This document shows, one piece after another, positions 25,179-32,000 of a stretch of DNA of 32,000 bases. Within the stretch, counting starts at the first letter, position 1. Each line of letters opens with the position of its first letter. The translations under genes were made by a program, and so were the position numbers. A model generated the notes under the pieces. That model worked only from the letters and a program-made list of their open reading frames with translations. It was not told the DNA's origin and made no database searches. This stretch comes from Candidatus Saccharimonadota bacterium (lineage in GTDB: Bacteria > Patescibacteriota > Gracilibacteria > UBA1369 > 2-02-FULL-48-14): positions 810,001 to 842,000 of the forward strand of contig CP064962.1 in NCBI GenBank assembly GCA_016699145.1. The letters are read 5' to 3'.

Positions 25179-25563
25179 AACGTCTGAAAAAGTCTCAAAA
25201 ACCTTGTTTACAAAAATCTTAAAATGCCTTCCCAAAGTGGAGCCCCAGCTGACTCAAACAGAACTGGAACTTTTGCTCACCAACGACACCGAAATCCAAA
25301 ACCTGAATCGCAACTACCGCGGCAAAGATCGCCCCACCGACGTGCTGTCCTTTTCTTTGGAGGATGAACACACTTTGGGCCAAATCGTTATTTCGGTGGA
25401 ACGCGCTCGCGCCCAAGCCGAAACCCTGGACCAACCCCTTGAGGAAGAACTCCGCTTTCTTTTTGCGCATGGACTCATGCATCTTTGCGGTTACGACCAC
25501 GAAACCCCCGAAGAGGAAGCTGTTATGCTTCCTAAAACCTACCAAGTCTTGGGACGAATATAG
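25156..25563 (+). CDS. ybeY: rRNA maturation endoribonuclease YbeY
   Basis: Contains NYRGKDRPTDVLSF and the zinc motif HGLMHLCGYDH. The start was set at ATG 25156, which overlaps the upstream gene by 23 nt. The track ORF start at 25042 is an unsupported extension. Confidence 0.9.
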   Translation: MKLIYLNKTSEKVSKTLFTKILKCLPKVEPQLTQTELELLLTNDTEIQNLNRNYRGKDRPTDVLSFSLEDEHTLGQIVISVERARAQAETLDQPLEEELRFLFAHGLMHLCGYDHETPEEEAVMLPKTYQVLGRI

Positions 25564-25566
25564 AGC

Positions 25567-26073
25567 TCAATCCTTAAGCCGTTTGACGCCCACCACAATC
25601 AGGATCAGCAAAGCCACCCCACTCACAATGAAACGCAAATAGTCTTCCATAAGAGTCCAGTAACGCATTGTTCCAATCAGAACCGACACAATGCCTCCAT
25701 ACAAAAACCCATTCATAACCGCCATCGGTATTTTAGGGATGAAAAGTCCCAAAAATAAAGTGAGCACTCCTAAACTTGTCAAAACAATGAAAGCATTTCG
25801 ATTGTAAACCTGCGAAACTTTTTCATATTCGTCATAACAACTTTTATAAAAATCGCACATGGCTCCACCAGAATTGGCAGCGTACCAATCGCCACCCGCT
25901 TCCGTGCAGGCAGCCTCTGTTTCATAAGTGACTTGGAAGAGTGAAGCTGGGCAATAAGTGTCGTACTTTGGGGCAGGATAAAAGGTTTCCAGGCCCACGT
26001 TGAAAAACACATTGATGAGCAGCACCAGGGCCAAAGAAAGAGCCAGTTTTTTCCATCGATTGAGAGCGTGCAT
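25567..26073 (-). CDS. Hypothetical integral membrane protein with a Cys-rich external loop
   Basis: 168 aa. It has an N-terminal TM helix, a loop with 5 Cys residues (CPASLF...CTEAGG...CDFYKSC) and three further hydrophobic helices. Confidence 0.6.
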   Translation of the reverse strand: MHALNRWKKLALSLALVLLINVFFNVGLETFYPAPKYDTYCPASLFQVTYETEAACTEAGGDWYAANSGGAMCDFYKSCYDEYEKVSQVYNRNAFIVLTSLGVLTLFLGLFIPKIPMAVMNGFLYGGIVSVLIGTMRYWTLMEDYLRFIVSGVALLILIVVGVKRLKD

Positions 26074-26138
26074 ACCTCAATGGTACTGTGCTTGCAAAAG
26101 GCGGTCAAAGCATTTGCAAATCTTTGCATTGACGGGTT

Positions 26139-26224
26139 TGGTGCACTCGAGAGGACTTGAACCTCCACCCGCGTGAGCGGACATGCTCCTGAAGCATGCG
26201 CGTCTGCCATTTCGCCACGAGTGC
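26139..26224 (-). tRNA. tRNA-Leu (anticodon CAG), class II with a long variable arm and encoded CCA
   Basis: Reverse complement: GCACTCG-TG-GCG-AAATGGCAGA-CGC-G-CATGC-TTCAGGA-GCATG-TCCGCTCACGCGGGT-GGAGG-TTCAAGT-CCTCT-CGAGTGC-ACCA. The acceptor stem has 7 bp, the anticodon loop reads TT-CAG-GA, and the T-loop is TTCAAGT. Confidence 0.92.
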
Positions 26225-26251
26225 ATGGCCTAGGACTTCCCAGGTACGCGG

Positions 26252-26280
26252 ATTTTAGAGGCTATCTCGAAAAAAGACAA
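26252..26280 (-). promoter_or_regulatory. Sigma70-like promoter for tRNA-Leu
   Basis: On the minus strand: TTGTCT (26280..26275), a 17-nt spacer, then TAAAAT (26257..26252), 27 nt upstream of the tRNA 5' end. The spacer contains the recurrent motif GAGATAGCCTC. Confidence 0.6.
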
Positions 26281-26329
26281 CCCTGGACTTTTCTATTAAA
26301 AAGTTGGATAATCCAGGCTTTCAAACAGC

Positions 26330-26899
26330 ATGGATCACAAACTCAGCGACCATATCCGAACCGTCAATGATAGAGGGCACAAAAGTGACTTATTGAAATT
26401 GTGTCGTGAAGTGAAGGAAGAAACAGGGGCTGAAATTCAAAACGCTCGCCTACTAACCAATGCGGAGTTGCAGGGAACTTTAGGCCGCCACTGCAAAAAT
26501 AGGATCGACTTAAACAAAGATCGCCTCTTCAAAAGCAAGGACCAACTGGCCGAAGCCGCCATTACTGCTATCCATGAAGCCTATCATGCAAAAGGCCGAA
26601 GGAAGAGTGGAATACGTGGAAAGGGCATTCGCCACGAAGGAATAACGGAGCTTGGTGCCCAAAAGAAAGCCACCGCTCTAGGCTACCGCGGTTTTTCATG
26701 TGCCTATCGAAAAGCCGTAGAAGGGGCGGATCAAATCGCCAACTTAATCACTTTTGATCGTATGATGGAATTGGCCGATCAAAAGGAAGCTCCTGTCCGG
26801 CTTCAGCGTGAAATCACTCGCGCTTTGGTTGAAAAACACTCTATGCCTTTTGAAAAAGCAGCCGCTCGAGCAGTAGCAATGGAAAAGGCGGCGGCTTAG
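26330..26899 (+). CDS. Hypothetical protein with a HEXXH zinc-metallopeptidase-like motif
   Basis: 189 aa. HEAYH lies at 26573..26587, followed ~19 aa later by HEGITE, a possible third ligand. No family was recognised beyond the motif. Confidence 0.5.
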   Translation: MDHKLSDHIRTVNDRGHKSDLLKLCREVKEETGAEIQNARLLTNAELQGTLGRHCKNRIDLNKDRLFKSKDQLAEAAITAIHEAYHAKGRRKSGIRGKGIRHEGITELGAQKKATALGYRGFSCAYRKAVEGADQIANLITFDRMMELADQKEAPVRLQREITRALVEKHSMPFEKAAARAVAMEKAAA

Positions 26900-26975
26900 A
26901 GGCTATCTCAATGCTGCTACAGGAAGATTTCTAGACGGTAAGAAATCCTAAAAGGGATTTCACTTCAACGTGCGC

Positions 26976-27629
26976 CTATTTTTTAGCCTCTACGCCATAA
27001 ACGCTAGTGGCAATCGAAGTCGGCAAGAAGGCATGTCCCACGAGCCAACTGGCCAAATGTTCAGCACTCATGTGAGAAGACTCACTTCGCAGAGGGTCTG
27101 CAACCGAAAAACCACGAGGTCCTTTTCCAGCAACAGCTCTCCAATGAAAGGAACTGGCACCGTGAGTGCTGAGAGGAGCATTTACGAGGGCAAACTTTCC
27201 CGAATGCATCAGTCCGGCAAAACCCTCAGCAGTTTCTACAGGAGTTCCTCCATAACTCGAAAGATCTAAACCGAGATGAGTGCTCATAAATGAACAAGTC
27301 TCCTCAAAATGTCCAGCTGTTTTAAAGCCTAGGGAGGTCATTAAATCTCGTCTTTCAGCTAAACCAACCAAAGCTGCCTCATCAAAGCCCGATCGGTTAG
27401 TGCCTAAGGCCCGAGCCACCGCAAGGCAAGAGGCAATAAAACAAGCTCGCCTATCTTTTTGCAAAACAGGTTGGATCACACGGGCTTCTTGTTGCACGGG
27501 AATTCTTTCAAGAATCCGAAGAACTTCGGCTCTCACCTCTGCCTCGCTTGGCCTATGCAGATCATTCACAGCAGTAATGGGCCCGAAACCGGCCGGAGCT
27601 GGATGTGGAGTCCCAACAGGGCCAAACAA
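26976..27629 (-). CDS. Stand-alone C39-like papain-fold cysteine peptidase with a Pro/Gly-rich N-terminus
   Basis: Q57-x5-C63 (LQKDRRACFIASCLAV) and H162-x15-D178 (FHWRAVAGKGPRGFSVADP) reproduce the Gln/Cys/His/Asp spacing of C39 double-glycine peptidases. The start is uncertain: it may be TTG 27629, and the frame stays open up to 27686. Confidence 0.5.
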   Translation of the reverse strand: MFGPVGTPHPAPAGFGPITAVNDLHRPSEAEVRAEVLRILERIPVQQEARVIQPVLQKDRRACFIASCLAVARALGTNRSGFDEAALVGLAERRDLMTSLGFKTAGHFEETCSFMSTHLGLDLSSYGGTPVETAEGFAGLMHSGKFALVNAPLSTHGASSFHWRAVAGKGPRGFSVADPLRSESSHMSAEHLASWLVGHAFLPTSIATSVYGVEAKK

Positions 27630-27691
27630 AGGTGTTGGAGGTCCAAATAGGCTATCTCTTCCCAGAATTGGTTTTCCCCTAGATTCTCATT

Positions 27692-28729
27692 TGAATCCGA
27701 ACACTTGGTAAGATGAGTTCATGAAAAAAACGCTAAGAAGTTCTCACAGCTTTCCAAAAGTGAGAGGGATGAAATATTCATACTGAAGGGGAAAGGATAT
27801 TCGCTCAGAGCTATCGCTAAAAGTCTGAAGAGAAGTGTTTCAACTGTTTCAGATGAACTCAAACGTAATGAAGTGAATGGCAGCTATAACCCGAAGAAAG
27901 CACAGCAGAAAAGCTATGTACGAAGGCGCTCCGCTCGCTTTCAAGGGAAGAAAGTTGCAATGAACAAGAAATTGAGAGATTTCGTAGAAGAAAAACTAAG
28001 AGATGATATTTCTCCAGCCGCTATTTCTGGGAGACTCAAATGCCAAGAGGGAGCTCTTCCTTTTGCCTCCAAAGACAGTATTTATCGCTTCCTAAAAAGC
28101 CCCTATGGAAGAGCTTTGGAGTATGAACGTGAGCAGAAAACAAAACATCGAAGAAAGAGGCCCAAAGTACTTTCAAAACTTTCGGACAGAACGTTCATAA
28201 ATGAGCGTCCTAACAGAATAGAAATGAGAGAAGATGTGGGAGACATTGAAGGAGATTTCATAGTTTCAGGGAAAACGGGAAAGGGTTCACTTTTGGTTGC
28301 TGTGGACAGGAAACTAAGAGTTTCATTTCTTGAAAAGATCTTCCCAGTGACGATTGAAGAAGTTCATGAGGCTTTTTGCGAATCCAAAAACGTTTTCCAG
28401 AGCTTCAAAGCATGACTACGGACAATGATATTCTCTTCCAGAAACACAAGGAATTGGAGAAGCTGCTGGGCATTAAAATCTACTTTTGCCACCCTTATCA
28501 TTCATGGGAAAAGGGCACAGTGGAAAACACGAATAAAATCATTCGGAAAGATATTCCTAAAGGCAGTGATATTTCAAAATACAGTAAAGCTTTCATTCAA
28601 AGGCTTGAAGAAAAACTCAATCGTAGACCGCTCAAGTGTTTGAATTATCTCACCCCAAAAGAAGCTCTTTTGGTGCACCGCGAAATCACAAAACTCAAAA
28701 AATCCTAATCCATTAAGTGTTCGGATTCA
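27692..28729 (+). mobile_element. IS30-family insertion sequence (1038 bp) with 15-bp perfect terminal inverted repeats
   Basis: The left repeat TGAATCCGAACACTT (27692..27706) and the right repeat AAGTGTTCGGATTCA (28715..28729) are exact reverse complements. They bracket an IS30-type DDE transposase gene. No clear target-site duplication is visible. Confidence 0.88.
27721..28708 (+). pseudogene. IS30-family transposase interrupted by two 1-nt frameshifts in homopolymers
   Basis: The HTH region reads LSKSERDEIFILKGKGYSLRAIAKSLKRSVSTVSDELKRN, and the DDE region reads GDIEGDFIV, TTDNDILF and HPYHSWEKGTVENTNKIIRKDIPKG. ATG 27721 is out of frame with the body, and A7 (27724..27730) read as A8 would join them. 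The frame changes again at T5 (28373..28377), where T6 would join ORFs 27873..28415 and 28376..28708. Confidence 0.85.
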
Positions 28730-28890
28730 GCCCGTCCAGTGCCTCCAAGACTCATGCGAATAAGATAACATTTTCACACAAAATGTCAATAGTAGGGGTA
28801 GCGAACACAGGATTGGTTACTTTCTCATTACCATTCATGCAACGCTAAAAAGGCCGAGTGAATTCCAAGGCTACAGCAGCTTTGAAGTAC

Positions 28891-29151
28891 TCAGTAAACC
28901 TGATTGTGGCTCCCGACAGCAAGCATCTCCACAAGTACATAATCTCCATCAACTTTAAAAACGATTCGCAAATCAAAGCCAACTGAAAGAGCTCGCTTTC
29001 CAGTCAACTTCCCCTTCAATGCGTGGTTTTTAAGTTCAGGTGTTTTGGGGTCACGGGCAAAGACACGAATGGTTCCATCCACCGACAACCTTTTGCTCTG
29101 ATTCAGTTTTGCGTACTGTTTGGTGAACGATTTTTTGAAAACAATCTTCAT
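28891..29151 (-). CDS. relE: RelE/ParE-superfamily (YafQ-like) mRNA interferase toxin
   Basis: 86 aa. FKKSFTKQYAKL...HALKGKLTGKRALSVGFDLRIVF...VLVEMLAVGSHNQVY is the typical RelE/YafQ pattern. It overlaps the antitoxin gene in a TAATG arrangement. Confidence 0.85.
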   Translation of the reverse strand: MKIVFKKSFTKQYAKLNQSKRLSVDGTIRVFARDPKTPELKNHALKGKLTGKRALSVGFDLRIVFKVDGDYVLVEMLAVGSHNQVY

Positions 29152-29438
29152 TATGCCGCTCGCTTAGATTCTTTGTGTAAGAAAGCGATGGCATCGTTAG
29201 CGCCCTCAAACGCTTCAGAACATTCTTCATTTTCTGCAGCTAGAACAGCCTCCTCAAAAGCAGGAGTAAACCCATTCTCAGTGATGGCCATTTGTGAGCC
29301 AACCGTTATTTTCCCATCGGCGTAGTCATTTAGGAGAAGGCGGGTGATGAAGGAGATATTCATCCGATCCTTCTTAGCTCGTTTAGCAGCTCTATTCTTG
29401 GTTGCAGTATCGATCGAAATGGTAGAATAAGTAGACAT
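29151..29438 (-). CDS. relB: RelB/DinJ-like ribbon-helix-helix antitoxin
   Basis: MSTYSTISIDTATKNRAAKRAKKDRMNISFITRLLL is RHH-like, and the gene lies immediately upstream of relE. The start was set at ATG 29438, because the track ORF start at 29534 would run through the promoter. Confidence 0.75.
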   Translation of the reverse strand: MSTYSTISIDTATKNRAAKRAKKDRMNISFITRLLLNDYADGKITVGSQMAITENGFTPAFEEAVLAAENEECSEAFEGANDAIAFLHKESKRAA

Positions 29439-29446
29439 ATGAATAT

Positions 29447-29494
29447 TTGTAGAAATTCTACAAGAATTATAGCTTTTGACCTGTTTAGTGTCAA
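29447..29494 (-). promoter_or_regulatory. Consensus sigma70 promoter plus palindromic operator of relBE
   Basis: On the minus strand: TTGACA (29494..29489), a 17-nt spacer, then TATAAT (29471..29466). Two nt later comes the perfect 8-1-8 palindrome TTGTAGAA-A-TTCTACAA (29447..29463), just upstream of ATG 29438. Confidence 0.8.
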
Positions 29495-29621
29495 GAATAA
29501 CCACCCTTTTGGTGATCATTATTGCAGGGCGCATTGATTTATGGTTGAATAGCCTTCCCTATTAGAAAATATAGAAGATTTTAAACCACAACTTGATTCA
29601 GAAGAACATAAGAGACGTCGA

Positions 29622-30461
29622 GTGCCTCAGCTGAGCCGAAGAGGTCTTGTGTGGGGTCTCGCCGCACTAGCGGCCGCAGGGTTAGTGGAAGGCTGTAAAG
29701 CAAAGGAAGTGGATAAAAAGGAAGTAGGTAAAAAAGTGGGTGAGGCGGAAATCAAAGGTCAAAAAGTAGAAGTCCACGAAACCACTTTGCCTGGAATGGA
29801 CAAACCCATTTTCTACCTTGTAAAAAACGGTTACTCCAAAGATTTATCGAAAGAAGATCATGAAGGTATACAAGCCCTGATGCAGAGCTGGAAAAAAAAC
29901 TTTGGTTCTGAGGTCGGTACGCCCAATCCAGCGGAGGATTACAAAGACAATTGTCACTTTGTTACCTTTAAAAAGTCAGGGGTGCAGGGCTTGCCCAGTC
30001 ATGCCTGGCTTGCGCGGCTTTCACCAAAAGAGAATGTACAAAAATACAATGAACATTACGGAGATCCAGTGTTGTTGATATTGAATCAGTTCTTTGAAGA
30101 GCAGAAAGGTGACATTATCATACCTGCTAATCAAGGTATGCCCCCTAAAGTATTCAGTACGGCGATTCAAACAGAATTAAAAAAACAACTCACTGAGGAG
30201 CCGGACCTTCTTGAGGCTGGAGATGTAGCGGTTTTTTGGATTAAAAGCCCAGATACAGGCTTAGATGACGCCTTCCATTCTGGTGTGATTGAAAAAGTCA
30301 ATGGAGAACTGCATCTCATCTCAAAACTAGGTGAGCTCCCTACGGCCCCCCTCCCTCTATGGTACGTACTCTGGTTTTATCTAGAGAGTGGTAAGCTACC
30401 TGATATGAAAATCAAGATGTACAAAAAGAAGCCAGCTCAAGGTGCATCGGAGTTGAAGTAA
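29622..30461 (+). CDS. Putative lipoprotein with a Tat-like signal; function unknown
   Basis: The protein starts at GTG. LSRRGLVWGLAALAAAGLVEGC has a twin-arginine-like motif followed by a lipobox Cys. The C-terminal GDVAVFWIKSPDTGLDDAFHSGVIEKV is faintly NlpC/P60-like. Confidence 0.6.
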   Translation: MPQLSRRGLVWGLAALAAAGLVEGCKAKEVDKKEVGKKVGEAEIKGQKVEVHETTLPGMDKPIFYLVKNGYSKDLSKEDHEGIQALMQSWKKNFGSEVGTPNPAEDYKDNCHFVTFKKSGVQGLPSHAWLARLSPKENVQKYNEHYGDPVLLILNQFFEEQKGDIIIPANQGMPPKVFSTAIQTELKKQLTEEPDLLEAGDVAVFWIKSPDTGLDDAFHSGVIEKVNGELHLISKLGELPTAPLPLWYVLWFYLESGKLPDMKIKMYKKKPAQGASELK

Positions 30462-30489
30462 ATATTAATTTAGCCTCACACGTTAAAGT

Positions 30490-31161
30490 ATGAAACAAAT
30501 TCTATTGCCTGTACTCTTTATTTTCTTACTTGGGTGTTCATCCGGTGAAGAGAGGGTGATTTCAGTAACTCCTGAAAGTAAGCAAGAGGAGGTAGCAGAA
30601 ACCACTCAAAACCCAGCCTCACTCAAAATCCGTGAAGATTATCTTGAATGTTTTTCAGGAAAAATGTGCGAGAACTTGGACGAAGCCAAACTTAGCCCGG
30701 AAATGAAAGTGGTTTTAAAACCAGAAGTTCAGGGTTCTATCAATCAAGTATACCTGGAATTCTCTCAGAATAATGGGAAGTCAACCGTTGCCCCACTATT
30801 GATAAACGGAGGTATTTTAACCAGCAATCATGCAATAATTTACTACACAGATGCTACGTACATCATTGTGGACTCTGGAGAGTATCTGACTTTTCAAACC
30901 ACTCCATTCTATTTTTATAATGGAATCGAATGGAACAGACTTCCCATTGAGGGGAAAATTGAAGAGGTGCTTTATAAGGAAGAGCCCACATTCAATGAGG
31001 CTTGGTGGGTTGGTCCAGAAGATGTATCAGGTGAAAACCCAGATAGCATAGACCTCTCAGTAAGTTGGAACCCCACTCCAGAAACTGCTCCGGTCTCAAT
31101 AAATGTGAGTTTTAATGTAAAGACCTACGAAGTAAAAATCACGGATAGGCACACGTATTAA
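30490..31161 (+). CDS. Putative lipoprotein, function unknown
   Basis: MKQILLPVLFIFLLGCSSGEE is a signal peptide with the lipobox LLGC. No family was recognised. Confidence 0.65.
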   Translation: MKQILLPVLFIFLLGCSSGEERVISVTPESKQEEVAETTQNPASLKIREDYLECFSGKMCENLDEAKLSPEMKVVLKPEVQGSINQVYLEFSQNNGKSTVAPLLINGGILTSNHAIIYYTDATYIIVDSGEYLTFQTTPFYFYNGIEWNRLPIEGKIEEVLYKEEPTFNEAWWVGPEDVSGENPDSIDLSVSWNPTPETAPVSINVSFNVKTYEVKITDRHTY

Positions 31162-31217
31162 ACCTTCCCAATAGTAAACTAAAATGCAGGCAACATTGAA
31201 AAGGCCGGGTGCGAAGC

Positions 31218-32000
31218 CTAAGACAGTTCCTGTAAGCGGACGCCCAGTGTTTTGATGTCATACCCTGGTGGGATAAAGTTTGTTTTGCAGCGTACTGAAC
31301 CCTGTGAAACCTGAGTTCTTTGAAAGGGCACTTGTATAACAGTAATCCCGAACTTATCAGATAGTTCTTCAAAGACGGGTTGATGCGTTCTGCCCTGCCC
31401 CGTTAAAACGAAGATCTCTCCATGTGCATTTGTCAAAACGATTGAGTTTGTTGGAAGTTCAGAGCTGCCAGTTCTCGCCGTTTCAAAAACCTCAAGATGC
31501 TCCATTTTTGCTATTTGAGCCACCGCCTTACTATTCATAGACCTATATAGAGGGTCAACTACCCAAACGTCTTTTTCCGGGATGAGTAACATATCAAGGT
31601 CTAGGTGGTCTCTCTGAAAAGGTCTAGGTACAAAGTGTACCCTAGACACGTCGTATAGTTCTTTCAGCCGTGATGTCGTGTCATCTGCATCCAAACCTAC
31701 TATTCTAGGAAATGTATCTGGTGCTAGGACATAGTCACCACCAAAGATGAGGCTACCCCCCCTCTGCCAGATAACCTTGTTGTTGATGAGTTTGAACAAG
31801 GCCATTATGGAAGACCCATTGATCTCTTGGCCAAAGTGTTTCTGGAGCATAGAGTACTGCGAGGCCAAGGCTTTTTAACACCTCTATCAAACCCTTAACC
31901 TCTGCCTCTCTCGCATCTGCTAAGTAACGGAAATCAGCTCCAGCCCTATCCTCGTAGTGTTGACTCACAGTTTGTCCTACAACCGCAATTGCGTTCTCAA
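31218..32000 (-). pseudogene. Guanidino-group-modifying enzyme superfamily protein (amidinotransferase/DDAH/arginine-deiminase-like). The 5' end is outside the window and there is a frameshift in a C7/G7 run.
   Basis: The upstream frame is open to the window edge (...LYAPETLWPRDQWVF...GYLAEGG*). The downstream frame reads ...SLIFGGDYVLAPD...RDHLDLDMLLIP...SQGSVRCKT, ending in a C-terminal catalytic-Cys-like motif. Removing one base from the C7 run at 31756..31762 gives a continuous YLAEGGSLIFGGD. Confidence 0.6.

Noticed and set aside
25779-26370. ORFs 25779..26210 (-) and 26173..26370 (+).
   Set aside because: Both run across the tRNA-Leu gene and its promoter. The first also overlaps the membrane-protein gene out of frame. 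Neither has a recognisable motif.
27721-27740. Programmed -1 ribosomal frameshifting at A AAA AAA C in the IS30 transposase.
   Set aside because: The site is only one codon after the ATG, so it would serve no regulatory purpose. IS30-family transposases are normally single ORFs. A second, unrelated T5 frameshift in the same gene points to homopolymer errors or decay.
28848-31211. A shared sequence, AAAAGGCCGRGTG, lies just 3' of relE (28848..28860) and of the guanidino-modifying enzyme gene (31199..31211).
   Set aside because: Only 13 nt match, with one mismatch, and the flanks diverge. The potential stems are only 3-4 bp, so the evidence supports neither a terminator nor a repeat-element call.

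Overview
The window looks like a bacterial chromosome segment using the standard code: TGA, TAA and TAG all end conserved genes. Few genes have Shine-Dalgarno sequences. The lineage cannot be assigned from sequence alone; an uncultivated, small-genome bacterium is possible.

Conserved housekeeping genes:
- ispE (partial), a bifunctional Rel/SpoT homologue, recR and folE
- carB, comM/yifB and yraN
- dnaB, lysS, a DUF4012 membrane protein and guaA
- a CaCA-type cation exchanger, ybeY and tRNA-Leu(CAG)

AT-richer accessory segments sit between them:
- A toxin-antitoxin islet at 4.4-6.4 kb holds VapBC, an orphan AbiEi-like gene and a solo PemK-like gene.
- A mazEF pair lies at 9.8-10.35 kb.
- A single AT-rich P-loop ATPase-wHTH gene is wedged between dnaB and lysS.
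- An accessory island beside tRNA-Leu (26.2 kb to the window end) holds a HEXXH protein, a stand-alone C39-like cysteine peptidase, an IS30-family element, relBE, two lipoproteins and a guanidino-group-modifying enzyme.

Several genes are interrupted:
- dnaB carries an in-frame TAA and the DUF4012 gene an in-frame TGA.
- ispE, the IS30 transposase (twice) and the guanidino-modifying enzyme gene carry 1-nt frameshifts. Four of these five breaks lie in homopolymer runs of 5-7 nt, and the ispE break lies at a GGG.

Most interesting for follow-up:
- the split dnaB together with the adjacent horizontally acquired ExeA/Orc1-like ATPase
- the tRNA-adjacent peptidase island with its recurrent TTAGAGGCTATCTC motif
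- the membrane-anchored Rel enzyme
- the eukaryote-type long GMP synthase
- a recurring leaderless-type promoter/start-codon geometry
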